Below are positions 18,681 to 28,501 of a stretch of DNA of 64,000 bases, in pieces. The stretch lies in the IMG/VR virus record IMGVR_UViG_2751185828_000002; one strand, given 5' to 3'. The stretch comes from a virus. Lineage: Duplodnaviria; Caudoviricetes. How positions within the stretch are numbered: the stretch's first letter is position 1; each line of letters starts with the position of its first letter. The notes beneath the pieces are model-generated. The model had not been told where the DNA came from and searched no databases. It saw only the letters and a list, made by a program, of their open reading frames with translations. The position numbers and the translations under genes are program-made.

Positions 18681-19250
18681 TCAGTCACAGATGGCGTAGA
18701 CGCGACCTCTTCCCTCGACCTTCTCGGAGGTGATGGTCAGGCCGAGCTTCTTTTTCAGCGCACCGGACATGGCGCCCCTCGCGGTGTGCGGCAACCATCC
18801 AGTGGCCGCCACGATCTCGTCTAGGGTCGCCCCCTCGGGCGCGCGCAGCATGGCGATCAGCGTGGCCTGCTTGGTGCCCTCGCGCGGCGTGCGCGCCTTG
18901 GGCGCGGCTTCGGTTTCGGTGGCGGCCTCCGGCGCGGGCTGCTCGGTCGGCGCGTCAGTCGCGCCCACAGGCGCGGGGTTCGCGTCCTCGGTCTCGATGC
19001 CGATGGCGGCGAACCCTGCGTCGGTGGCGACCAGAGTGACTCCATGGCCGTCGCCGCTCTCGCGCCAGACGGGTTCGCCCTTGCGCACGTTGGCGTCGAC
19101 CTCCTGCAGGAAGCCCTTGGCGAGCAGCGCGCCGACCACCTTGGCGGCGGCGCCACCGCGCAGGCTCTCGGGCAGCGGCAGGGCGATGTGCTCGGGCCGC
19201 TGAGCGGCGGCGCTCAGGATCAGGGCTTGGGTGTCGGAAAGCTTGGTCAT
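18681..19250 (-). CDS. DUF3489-like protein
   Basis: MTKLSDTQALILSAAAQR; REGTKQATLIAML...TGWLPHTARGAMSGALKKKLGL. Confidence 0.8.
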   Translation of the reverse strand: MTKLSDTQALILSAAAQRPEHIALPLPESLRGGAAAKVVGALLAKGFLQEVDANVRKGEPVWRESGDGHGVTLVATDAGFAAIGIETEDANPAPVGATDAPTEQPAPEAATETEAAPKARTPREGTKQATLIAMLRAPEGATLDEIVAATGWLPHTARGAMSGALKKKLGLTITSEKVEGRGRVYAICD

Positions 19251-19340
19251 CGTCGTCTCCCGTATCGGGGCGCGCAGGATGCGGGCCCTTCTACGAGGTC
19301 GAGCCCGCCAGTCGGCGGGCAGGACCGCGAGCGGGTCGTC

Positions 19341-19565
19341 TCACTCGGCGTGTTCGCCTTCGCTGAAGGCCATGTCGGTGATCTCGCGCAGCTTGGCGCG
19401 ATAGTGGTTCAGGGTGCCGACATGGCCCCAGTTGATCTCATCGGGGCTGGTCTCGAAGTGGTCGGCGCTGAGGGCGGCGAGCCGCTCCAGCATCGCGTCG
19501 ATCTCCGTCTTCGCGGCGATGAAGGCGTCGAGGGCTTTCGTGTTGTCGGTCGCGCGGCGGGTCAT
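19341..19565 (-). CDS. Small hypothetical phage protein
   Basis: GGAG RBS; ALDAFIAAKTEIDAMLERL...INWGHVG. Confidence 0.7.
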   Translation of the reverse strand: MTRRATDNTKALDAFIAAKTEIDAMLERLAALSADHFETSPDEINWGHVGTLNHYRAKLREITDMAFSEGEHAE

Positions 19566-19626
19566 CTTGGTGGCTCCTTGGTGAGTTGCATCGCTTCTTT
19601 GAAGTGACGTTCGCTCCGCTGGCGAG

Positions 19627-19645
19627 GCTTATCAACTCGATAAGC
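19627..19645. promoter_or_regulatory. Inverted repeat GCTTATC-N5-GATAAGC in the divergent region before the terminase genes
   Basis: Perfect 7-bp arms in an AT-richer spacer. Confidence 0.45.
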
Positions 19646-19676
19646 ACATGAATCTGAATGATAATCGGAGCCGTCG

Positions 19677-20273
19677 ATGCAGGGCATGAGCGAGCGCCAG
19701 TACGCCGCCCATGTCGGGCTGTCGCGGGGCGCGATCCAGAAGGCGAAGACGGCCGAGCGGCTGGTGCTCTATCCCGACGGCAGCATCAACGCGGCCGCCA
19801 GCGACGCTAGACGGGCCGAGACAACGGACCCGTCGAAGACGAGAAAGCCGCCCGCGCCGAAGCTGAAGCCCGTCCCTGAGGCTGCCGTGGCCGCCGTCGG
19901 CGACACGCTGCGCGAACAGGGGCTGGCTGTTCCGGCGGTGGGCGGCGGCACAACCTTCCTGCAGGCCAAGACCGCGAACGAAGTGCTGAAGGCACAGGAG
20001 CGGCGCATCCGTCTGCAGAAGCTGAAGGGGGAGTTGATCGAGCGGGCCCGCGCGCTGGCGCTGGTGTTCCGGCTGGCGCGGGAGGAACGGGACACGTGGG
20101 TGACCTGGCCTGCACGAGCGGCGGCGCTAATGGCGGCCGAGCTTTCGGCCTCGTGCCGCGACGCGACAGGCTCGCAGATCACCGTGGAGCCAGCCGCGAT
20201 GCAGAAGGTCCTGGAAAAGCATGTACGCGCCCACCTCGACGAACTCGCCGAGGTCCGGCCCGACTTCCGGTGA
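19677..20273 (+). CDS. Probable terminase small subunit
   Basis: N-terminal HTH (SERQYAAHVGLSRGAIQKA); coiled coil; position before the large subunit. Confidence 0.75.
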   Translation: MQGMSERQYAAHVGLSRGAIQKAKTAERLVLYPDGSINAAASDARRAETTDPSKTRKPPAPKLKPVPEAAVAAVGDTLREQGLAVPAVGGGTTFLQAKTANEVLKAQERRIRLQKLKGELIERARALALVFRLAREERDTWVTWPARAAALMAAELSASCRDATGSQITVEPAAMQKVLEKHVRAHLDELAEVRPDFR

Positions 20274-22224
20274 TGATGACGCACTGACGGATTTCGACGG
20301 CGCGGGCGAGATCCTGCGCGCCTGGGGCAACGGGCTGCGGCCCGACCCGGATCTGACCGTCTCGGAATGGGCCGACCGGCACCGGATGCTCTCGGGCCGC
20401 GCCTCGGCCGAAGCGGGGCGGTACCGCACCGCGCGCACGCCCTACATGCGCGAGATCATGGACCGGCTCTCGCCCGGCGATCCCGCGCAGCGCGTCGTGT
20501 TCATGAAGGCGGCGCAGGTCGGCGCGACCGAGGCGGGCAACAACTGGATCGGGTTCGCCATCCACCAGGCGCCGGGGCCGATGCTGGCGGTCCAGCCGAC
20601 GGTGGAACTGGCGAAACGGAACTCGCGCCAGCGGATCGACCCGCTGATCGACGAGAGCCCGGAGTTGCGGGAGCGGGTGAAGCCCGCGCGATCCCGCGAT
20701 GCGGGCAACACCATGCTGTCGAAGGAGTTCGCGGGCGGCATCCTGATCATGACCGGGGCGAACTCGGCGGTCGGGCTGCGCTCGACCCCGGCGCGGTACA
20801 TCTTCCTCGACGAGGTCGATGCCTATCCGGCCTCGGCCGACGAGGAAGGCGATCCGGTCACGCTGGCGGAAGCCCGGTCGCTGACCTTCGCCCACCGGCG
20901 CAAGGTGCTGCTGGTCTCCACGCCGACCATCCGGGGGCTGTCGCGCATCGAGCGGGAGTTCGAGGCGTCCGACCAGCGGCGCTACTTCGTGCCGTGCCCG
21001 CATTGCGGCGCCATGCAGTGGCTGAAGTTCGACCGGCTGCGCTGGCAAAAGGGCCGCCCGGAGACGGCGGAGTATCACTGCGAGGGCTGCGACGCGGCAA
21101 TCGCGGAACACCACAAGACGGCGATGCTGGAGGGCGGCGAATGGCGGGCGACCGCCACCGCCGCCGATCCGACCACGGTCGGGTATCACCTCTCGGCGCT
21201 CTATTCGCCGATCGGCTGGCTGAGCTGGGAGCGGATCGTGCGGGCCTGGGACGCGGCACAGGGGTCGGACGAGGCGATCAAGGCGTTCCGCAACACCATC
21301 CTCGGCGAGACATGGGTCGAGACCGGGGAAGCCCCGGACTGGCAGCGGCTCTATGACCGGCGCGAGCGGTGGACATCCGGCACGGTGCCCGCGGGCGGGC
21401 TGTTCCTGACCGCCGGTGCCGACGTGCAGAAGGACCGGATCGAGGTCGATGTCTGGGCTTGGGGCCGCGGGCTCGAGTCCTGGCTCGTCGATCATGTCGT
21501 CATCGAGGGCGGGCCCGACCGGCACGACGCGTGGTCGGAGCTGACCGCGCTGCTGGACAAAAGCTGGCCGCACGAACGCGGGGCGCATCTCAGGATCGTG
21601 CGGCTCGCCATCGACACGGGCTACGAGGCCCCGGCGGTCTATTCCTGGTCGCGGGCGCAAGGCTTCGCGCAGGTGTCGCCGGTGAAGGGCGTCGAGGGGT
21701 TCAACCGCTCGAGCCCCGTGTCGGGGCCCACCTTCGTCGACGCGACCGAGGGCGGGAAACGCCTGCGGCGCGGGGCGCGGCTCTGGACCGTGGCGGTCTC
21801 GACCTTCAAGGCCGAGACCTATCGCTTCCTGCGGCTGGCGCGGCCGACCGAAGAGGAGATGGCCGACGGGGCGGTGTTCCCGCCCGGCTCGGTGCATCTG
21901 CCGTATTGGGTCGAGAACGAATGGCTGAAGCAGTTCGTCGCGGAACAGCTGGTGACGGTGCGCACCAAGCGCGGCTTCGCCCGGCTGGAATGGCAGAAGC
22001 TCCGCGAGCGCAACGAGGCGCTGGATTGCCGGGTCTATGCCCGCGCCGCCGCCTGGATCGCGGGCGCGGACCGCTGGTCTGAGGAGAAATGGCGCGACCT
22101 CGAGGATCAGCTCGGGGCCGCCCCCACCGACAGCGATCCCGCCGGGCAGATCAACCGGCCGGGACAGGCCCCGCAGGGCAAACGCCGATCCGACTGGCTC
22201 GGGCGGCGCGGAGGATGGTTTTGA
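20221..22224 (+). CDS. Terminase large subunit, lambda GpA family
   Basis: KAAQVGATE, IFLDEVD, STPT, CPHCG, LTAGADVQKDR, NEALDCRVYA. Confidence 0.95.
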   Translation: MYAPTSTNSPRSGPTSGDDDALTDFDGAGEILRAWGNGLRPDPDLTVSEWADRHRMLSGRASAEAGRYRTARTPYMREIMDRLSPGDPAQRVVFMKAAQVGATEAGNNWIGFAIHQAPGPMLAVQPTVELAKRNSRQRIDPLIDESPELRERVKPARSRDAGNTMLSKEFAGGILIMTGANSAVGLRSTPARYIFLDEVDAYPASADEEGDPVTLAEARSLTFAHRRKVLLVSTPTIRGLSRIEREFEASDQRRYFVPCPHCGAMQWLKFDRLRWQKGRPETAEYHCEGCDAAIAEHHKTAMLEGGEWRATATAADPTTVGYHLSALYSPIGWLSWERIVRAWDAAQGSDEAIKAFRNTILGETWVETGEAPDWQRLYDRRERWTSGTVPAGGLFLTAGADVQKDRIEVDVWAWGRGLESWLVDHVVIEGGPDRHDAWSELTALLDKSWPHERGAHLRIVRLAIDTGYEAPAVYSWSRAQGFAQVSPVKGVEGFNRSSPVSGPTFVDATEGGKRLRRGARLWTVAVSTFKAETYRFLRLARPTEEEMADGAVFPPGSVHLPYWVENEWLKQFVAEQLVTVRTKRGFARLEWQKLRERNEALDCRVYARAAAWIAGADRWSEEKWRDLEDQLGAAPTDSDPAGQINRPGQAPQGKRRSDWLGRRGGWF

Positions 22225-22226
22225 AC

Positions 22227-22436
22227 ATGACCGACTGGACGGAAACCGAGCTATCGGCGCTGCGCCGGGCCTATGCCAGCGGCACGACGCGCGTCAGCTA
22301 TGACGGCAAGTCGGTGGATTACGGCTCGGCTGAAGACCTGCTGGCGCGCATCCGGACCATCGAACGCGCCATCGCGGGAACGACGCGGCCGCTGCCGGTT
22401 GCCGGGCTGGCTGGCTTCTCGCGCGGGGATCGGTGA
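22227..22436 (+). CDS. gpW-like head-tail joining protein
   Basis: 69 aa between terminase and portal; RVSYDGKSVDY. Confidence 0.75.
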   Translation: MTDWTETELSALRRAYASGTTRVSYDGKSVDYGSAEDLLARIRTIERAIAGTTRPLPVAGLAGFSRGDR

Positions 22437-23990
22437 TGTCGGCGACCTGGTTCGATCATGCCATCGCCACGGTGGCGCCGCGCATGGCCGCGCGCCGCGT
22501 GATGGCGCGGCAGGCCTTCGAGACCCTGACGCGGGGCTATGACGGGGCCGCGCGTGGGCGTCGCACCGAGGGCTGGCGCGCGCCGGGATCCTCGGCCGAC
22601 ACCGAGATCGGCGTCGCCGGGGCGCTGCTTCGCGACCGGATGCGCGATCTGGTGCGCAACAACCCGCATGCGGCCAAGGCCGTGGCGGTGCTGGTGAACA
22701 ACATCATCGGCGCGGGCATCATGCCGCGCGCCGCGAGCGGCGACGACACGCTGGACCGCAAGGTCGACGCGCTCTTCGAGCGCTGGACGGCGGAGTGCGA
22801 CGCCGATGGCCAGCTCGACTTCTACGGTCTGCAGACGCTGATCTGCCGCGAGATGGTCGAGGCGGGCGAGGTGCTGGTGCGCCGCCGCCTGCGGCGATCC
22901 TCGGACGGGCTGCCGGTAACCACTGCAGTTGCAGGTGTTGGAGGCCGACTTCCTCGACGCCACCAAATCCGGCGCCATCGGCGCGGGCCGCCTCGTGCAG
23001 GGGATCGAGTTCGACCCGGTCGGCAAGCGCCGGGCCTACTGGCTCCATGCCGAACACCCTGGCGATGCCTATGGCGCATTGCAGAACGGGTTACAGAGCC
23101 GCCCGGTGCCAGCGACCGAGATCGCCCATGTCTACGAGAAGCAGCGCACGCAGGCGCGCGGCGTTCCCTGGGGCGCGCCGGTGATCCGCAGCTTGCGCGA
23201 TCTCGACGACTACGAGGTGGCCGAACTGGTCCGCAAGAAGACCGAGGCCTGTGTCACCGCCATCGTCTTCGGCGACGACGAGGCGCAGCAGGGCATTGCG
23301 CCCTCCGTGGTCGACGCCGACGGCAATCGGGTGGAGCAGTTCGAGCCGGGGCTGATCGCCTATGCGCGTGGCGGCAAGGACATCCGCTTCAACCAGCCCT
23401 CAGCCACCGGCGGCTACGGCGAATACAAGCGGGCCAGCCTGCACACCATCTCGGCCGGGTTCCGCGTGCCCTATGAATTGCTGACCGGGGACCTCAGCCA
23501 GGTCAACTATTCCTCGATCCGGGCGGGCCTCGTCGAGTTCCGCCGCCAGATCGACGCGGTGCAGTGGCAGCTCTTCATCCCGATGTTCTGCGCACCGGTC
23601 TGGCGATGGTTCACGGAAGCCGCGTGGGCAGCGGGGCAGATCCCGTCGCCCATGGTGCCGGTCGAATGGTCGCCGCCGAAGTTCGAGGCGGTCGATCCGC
23701 AGAAGGACGCGATGGCGAACCTGCTGTCGATCCGCTCTGGCACCATGACGCTGGCCGAGGTGATCGCCCGACAGGGCCGGAACCCCGACGCCGTTTTGGC
23801 CGAGATCGCCGCGACCAACGCCAAGCTCGACGCGCTGGGGCTGGTGCTCGACAGCGACCCGCGGCGCGTCACCAAGACCGGCAGCGCACAATCCAAAGAC
23901 GGGGCCAGCGATCCGGCGAACGATCCGGCCACCGACGACCCGACGGCCGGCGCGGACAATGACCCTGCGCAGGCCGACCAACAGGACTGA
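22436..23990 (+). pseudogene. Lambda-family portal protein with +1 frameshift at ~22919
   Basis: Removing one A from CCG GTA A CCA CTG CAG TTG joins ORFs 22433.. and 22929.. into DGLPVPLQLQVLEADFLD. Confidence 0.88.
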
Positions 23991-23995
23991 CCTTC

Positions 23996-26062
23996 ATGGA
24001 CACGATGATCGAACTGCCGGCCATGCGCCGGTCGGCGGAGCTTGCGCCGAACACGGCCGACGCCGACAGCCGCACCGTCGAGGTGGTCTGGTCGGCCGGT
24101 GCCCGCGTCCGCCGCGCCACCTTCTTCGGCGAGCCCTATGACGAGGAGCTGAGCCTCGATCCCGCCCATGTCCGGCTCGACCGGCTGAACGCGGGCGCGC
24201 CGTTCCTCAAGGTGCACGAGCTCGACACGCTCGATGCAGTGATCGGCTCTATCGTGCCGGGCTCGGCCCGGATCGAGAACGGCCGCGGCATCGCGCTGGT
24301 GCGCATCTCCGAGCGCGCCGATGTCGAGCCGATCTGGCGCGACATCCAGGCCGGGCACATCCGCGCGGTCTCGATCGGCTACCAGGTCCACCGCTTCGAG
24401 GTCTCGAAACCCGAGGCCGCTCGCGAACTCTGGCGCGCGGTGGACTGGACCCCGTTCGAGGTCTCCGCCGTCGCGGTCGGCGCGGACCCGGCAGCGGGCT
24501 TCCGCGCCCAGCATCCCCTTCACGACTGCGTCCTCCACCGCCGGGACGCCCCTTTCAGCACGAAAGGACCGATCCCGATGACGGACAAGACCCACACCCC
24601 GGCGAGCGACGCCGCGACCCCCGCCACCACCCAGCCGACCGACCCGGTCGAAACCGAGGACACCACCATGACCGAGCCGAAAGCGGCTGCGCCCAATCCG
24701 AAGGTCGCCGCAGTGGAAACCCGCACCCAGCCGAAGCTTCAGAATACCGATGCCCCCGCGGCGCCCGACACCGAGGCAGTCGCCACCTGCGCCCGCGAGG
24801 CGGAGCGCGACCGGGTCTCCACCATCTACGATCTCGCGGGCCGCCTGAATCTCGAGCGCGGCTTCGCCGAGGATTTGGTCAAGCGCGGCGTCAGCGTGGA
24901 CGAGTCCCGCCGCCTGATCCTCGATCAGGTCGCCGCCAAATCCGACGAGACCCAGACCTTCCCCCATGTCTCCGTGCCGCTCGGCGGCCGCGACGAGCGC
25001 ATCACCCGCCGCGACGCCGTGGCAAACGCGCTGCTGCACCGCTACAGCCCGACGCTGTTCCAGCTGGAGGACGCCGCGCGCCAGTACCGCGGAATGACCC
25101 TGCTGGAACTCGCCCGCGAAAGCCTCGGCAATGCCGGGGTCGGCACGCGCGGCCTGTCGCGTGACGAGGTGGCGACGCGGGCGCTGCATTCGACGTCCGA
25201 CTTCCCCGAGATCCTCTCGGCGGTCACCAACAAGACGCTGCGGCAGGCCTACGAGGCCTATCCCCGCACCTTCATGCTGTTCTGCCGCCAGGTGCTCGCC
25301 ACTGACTTCAAGGCGATGCACCAGGTCCAGCTCGGCGAAGCGCCCCAGCTGCTGGAAGTCGGCGAGAGCGGCGAGTTCAAGCGCGGCACGCTCGGCGAGA
25401 GCAAGGAGAGCTACAAGGTCAAGACCTATGGCCGGGTGGTCGCGATCACCCGCCAGACGCTGATCAACGACGATCTCGACGCCTTCACGCGGATCCCGGC
25501 GATGTACGGCAACTCCATCGCCCAGCTGGAGTCGGACGTGGTCTGGGGCATCATCACCGCCAACCCGGCGATGGCCGACGGCAACGCGCTCTTCCACACC
25601 ACGCACAAGAACCTCGCGGGCACCGGGGCGGCGCTGGACGTCGGCAGCGTCGGCGCGGCCCGCGCCGCGATGGCCAAGCAGACCGGGCTCGACAAGAAGA
25701 CGGTGCTGAACGTCCGCCCGGCGTTCCTGATCGTGCCCGCGTCGCTGGAACTGAAGGCCGAGCAGCTGGTCGCCCAGAACCTCGTCCCCGCCGCGACGTC
25801 CAGCGTGGTGCCGCAGTCGATCCGCACCCTCGCGCCGATCAGCGAGCCCCGGCTCGACGCGGCCAGCGAGACCGCCTGGTATCTGGCGGCAAGCCCGAAC
25901 CAGATCGACACCATCGAATACGCCTATCTCGAGGGCCAGCAGGGCGCCTACATCGAGACGCGCAACGGCTTCGATGTCGACGGCGTCGAGATCAAGTGCC
26001 GCCTCGACTTCGGCGCCAAGGCCATCGACTGGCGCGGCCTCTACAAGAACCCGGGCGCGTAA
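23996..26062 (+). CDS. Prohead protease / major capsid protein fusion
   Basis: FLKVH, VSIGY, EVSAVAVGAD protease motifs; C-terminal capsid domain ending DFGAKAIDWRGLYKNPGA. Confidence 0.92.
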   Translation: MDTMIELPAMRRSAELAPNTADADSRTVEVVWSAGARVRRATFFGEPYDEELSLDPAHVRLDRLNAGAPFLKVHELDTLDAVIGSIVPGSARIENGRGIALVRISERADVEPIWRDIQAGHIRAVSIGYQVHRFEVSKPEAARELWRAVDWTPFEVSAVAVGADPAAGFRAQHPLHDCVLHRRDAPFSTKGPIPMTDKTHTPASDAATPATTQPTDPVETEDTTMTEPKAAAPNPKVAAVETRTQPKLQNTDAPAAPDTEAVATCAREAERDRVSTIYDLAGRLNLERGFAEDLVKRGVSVDESRRLILDQVAAKSDETQTFPHVSVPLGGRDERITRRDAVANALLHRYSPTLFQLEDAARQYRGMTLLELARESLGNAGVGTRGLSRDEVATRALHSTSDFPEILSAVTNKTLRQAYEAYPRTFMLFCRQVLATDFKAMHQVQLGEAPQLLEVGESGEFKRGTLGESKESYKVKTYGRVVAITRQTLINDDLDAFTRIPAMYGNSIAQLESDVVWGIITANPAMADGNALFHTTHKNLAGTGAALDVGSVGAARAAMAKQTGLDKKTVLNVRPAFLIVPASLELKAEQLVAQNLVPAATSSVVPQSIRTLAPISEPRLDAASETAWYLAASPNQIDTIEYAYLEGQQGAYIETRNGFDVDGVEIKCRLDFGAKAIDWRGLYKNPGA

Positions 26063-26091
26063 CCCGCACCCCATCCTGAACCCTGACACGC

Positions 26092-26113
26092 GGGCGGTCC
26101 TGACGGGCCGCCC
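26092..26113 (+). terminator. Stem-loop after the capsid gene
   Basis: GGGCGGTCC-tgac-GGGCCGCCC followed by ttcgtcttt. Confidence 0.45.
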
Positions 26114-26139
26114 TTCGTCTTTCCACGAGGATTCCCATC

Positions 26140-26475
26140 ATGAAAAACTACGTCCAGCCCGGCAACACGATCACCCTGACCGCGCCCTATGCCGTCGCCT
26201 CCGGCGATGGCCTGCTCGTCGGCTCCATCTTCGGCATCGCCGCCGGAGCGGCCGCCATCGCCGAGCCCGTCGAGACGGCGCTCGTCGGCGTGTTCGACAT
26301 CACCAAGGTCGGCTCTCAGGCCTGGACCGTCGGCGCCAGGGTCTATTGGGACGACACCAACAAGCGCTGCACCACGGTCGCGACCGACAACACCCTCATC
26401 GGCTTGGCGGTCGAGGCGGTGGCGAGCGGCGCCGGCGACACCATCGGCCGGGTACGGCTGAACGCGAGCTTCTGA
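26140..26475 (+). CDS. DUF2190-like capsid decoration/cement protein
   Basis: MKNYVQPGNTITLTAP...GARVYWD. Confidence 0.8.
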   Translation: MKNYVQPGNTITLTAPYAVASGDGLLVGSIFGIAAGAAAIAEPVETALVGVFDITKVGSQAWTVGARVYWDDTNKRCTTVATDNTLIGLAVEAVASGAGDTIGRVRLNASF

Positions 26476-26786
26476 TGAGCGCCTTCGCCGCCGCCGTCGG
26501 TGCGCTCTTTGCCGATCCCAATATCGGCCGGGACGCGGTCTACATCGCCGACGGCGGCGCGCCCGTGCTGGTGCGTGCCGTCGCCCGGCGCGCGGATGCC
26601 ATATCGGACTTCGGCGATGCGCGGCTCTGGTCGGAAACCACCCGGATTGACCTGCGCGTAGCGGAGGTTGCGAACCCGCGCCCCGGCGACCGCATCGAGA
26701 TCGATGGCGACGCCTTCCTCATCCAGGGAGAGCCCGTCCGCGACCGTCAGCGGCTGGTCTGGACGGTCGATCTGAGGCCCGCGTGA
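26475..26786 (+). CDS. Head-tail joining (gpFII-like) protein
   Basis: TGATG overlap; position; 103 aa. Confidence 0.7.
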   Translation: MSAFAAAVGALFADPNIGRDAVYIADGGAPVLVRAVARRADAISDFGDARLWSETTRIDLRVAEVANPRPGDRIEIDGDAFLIQGEPVRDRQRLVWTVDLRPA

Positions 26787-27411
26787 AACTGAAGCTCGAC
26801 ATCGATCCCGACATCGTCCCGATGATGGCGGCGGAGGTGGCGGCCGGGGAGCGCGCCGTGACGGCCGCCATGCGCGAGGCCGGAACCGGGCTGAAGACCG
26901 CATGGCGGCTACAGATCACCGGCGCGGGGCTCGGGCTCCGGCTCGCCAACTCGATCCGCAGCCAGAACTTCCCGAGGTCGGGCGAGAGCCTCGACGCCGC
27001 GGCGCTGGTCTGGTCGAAGGCGCCGGTGATCGTCGGCGCGCATGACACGGGGCCGCTGATCCGGTCGAAAAGCGGCTTCTGGCTGGCGATCCCGCTGCCT
27101 GCCGCAGGCAAGTCCCTCCGAGGCGGCCGGATCACGCCCGGCGAATGGGAACGGCGACGCGGGCTGCGGCTCCGCTTCGTCTATCGCCGTAGCGGCCCGA
27201 GCCTGCTGGTGGCGGAGGGGCGGCTGAACACGAAGGGCCAGGCGGTAGTGTCGCGCTCGAAGACCAGGCGCGGCAAGGTCACCGCACCGATCTTCCGCTG
27301 GTCCCGCAGGTCAAGCTGCCGAAGCGGCTAGACCTCGCACGAGACGCGGACCGGGCATTGGACAGCGTGCCGGGGCTGATCGTGGCGAACTGGGTGGAGG
27401 AAAAGCTCTAG
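26783..27411 (+). pseudogene. Tail-completion (DUF6441-like) protein with -1 frameshift at ~27296
   Basis: Restoring one base gives IF(L)LVPQVKLPKRLDLARDADRALDSVPGLIVANWVEEKL, stop 27409-27411. Confidence 0.75.
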
Positions 27412-28010
27412 CCTCGCCTTTTCATTATGTCCGACGTGTATCCACGCTTGAGCTTCTTCGACTTTGAGAAGTAACCGATCTCTGTGTCAAACAGATCGGA
27501 AACTCTAAGAAGGTTTTCCTTCAATGTCCCGTGGCTTATCGCGGTGTCCTTGATTGTGAACATCAAGTGATAAAGGGCTGGCCAAAACACCGCCGCCGTT
27601 GTGAATGGAATATCCTCGCGCGGCCCGACCACGGAATAGCACCCTGTTTTGGGGATGATTTCCTTGGCCATGTCCTCATGAACCATCGAGCAGGCGGAGA
27701 GGAACAACCGTCGACCGCCAAGGTGTGGAGCTAAGATTTCTGCTAGCTCGTCGTAATCGATCTCGTCTTGGTTTGTCGTACACATCCCCTCAGGTTCAGC
27801 ATGTGCTGAGATATGCAAATACCGGTACCGTGACGTCCCGAAATCCAAGGCAGCTTGCTCGAACTGCTCTCTGGTCCGGACATACGAGTATCTTGGATTC
27901 TTTCCATGGAGACGTAGGACATGGGAAACGACACTGCCTTCAAATCGTCCATTCCCCTCATCGTCCGGGTCCAAGGACTCGATAATGAAAACATCTGGAA
28001 CTGTAGCCAA
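27408..28010 (-). CDS. Stand-alone caspase/CHAT-like (clan CD) cysteine protease, AT-rich moron
   Basis: YLHISAHA (His) and RLFLSACS (Cys) motifs; about 45% GC in lines counted; antisense to the tail operon. Confidence 0.7.
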   Translation of the reverse strand: MATVPDVFIIESLDPDDEGNGRFEGSVVSHVLRLHGKNPRYSYVRTREQFEQAALDFGTSRYRYLHISAHAEPEGMCTTNQDEIDYDELAEILAPHLGGRRLFLSACSMVHEDMAKEIIPKTGCYSVVGPREDIPFTTAAVFWPALYHLMFTIKDTAISHGTLKENLLRVSDLFDTEIGYFSKSKKLKRGYTSDIMKRRG

Positions 28011-28057
28011 TAGTCGCTCCTGTGCAGCTACTGTGAGTATCCTTTGGGAGCTTCTCT

Positions 28058-28477
28058 ATGGCAACCGCTCGCGAAACCATCCTCGTCGCGCTGCACACGC
28101 GGCTATCGGCACTGCCATCGACCGCACTGCGCGGTGAGGTGCTGCCCGAACGCGTCCCGGCCGAGGGCCTGCTGATCCTGCGCGACGGCGAGCCGGGTGA
28201 GCCCGAGGTGACGCTCTCGCCGCTGGTCTATCACTACCAGCACCGCGCCGAGATCGAGGCTGTCGTTCAGGGCGCCGACCTTGACGCCGCCTTTGATACG
28301 CTAACCGCCAGCATCGGCGCAGCGCTCGCCGCCGACCGAACGCTGGGCGGCCTTTGCGACTGGGTCGAGGCGGAAGCGCCAAGGCCCGTCGATCTGCCGG
28401 TCGAGGGCGCGGCGAGCCTGAAGGCCGCCGTGATCCCGGTGGTGCTGCATTATTCCACGGCCGACGCGCTGGCCTGA
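28058..28477 (+). CDS. Tail terminator-like protein
   Basis: 139 aa immediately before the tail tube gene. Confidence 0.7.
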   Translation: MATARETILVALHTRLSALPSTALRGEVLPERVPAEGLLILRDGEPGEPEVTLSPLVYHYQHRAEIEAVVQGADLDAAFDTLTASIGAALAADRTLGGLCDWVEAEAPRPVDLPVEGAASLKAAVIPVVLHYSTADALA

Positions 28478-28501
28478 CCCAACCGACCACAGGAGAACAC
28501 C

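Noticed and set aside
23507-26089. 860-aa minus-strand ORF and similar long antisense ORFs (12159..14123, 34434..36959, 37032..38351)
   Set aside because: Shadow ORFs of GC-rich genes with clear motifs on the opposite strand; no motifs of their own
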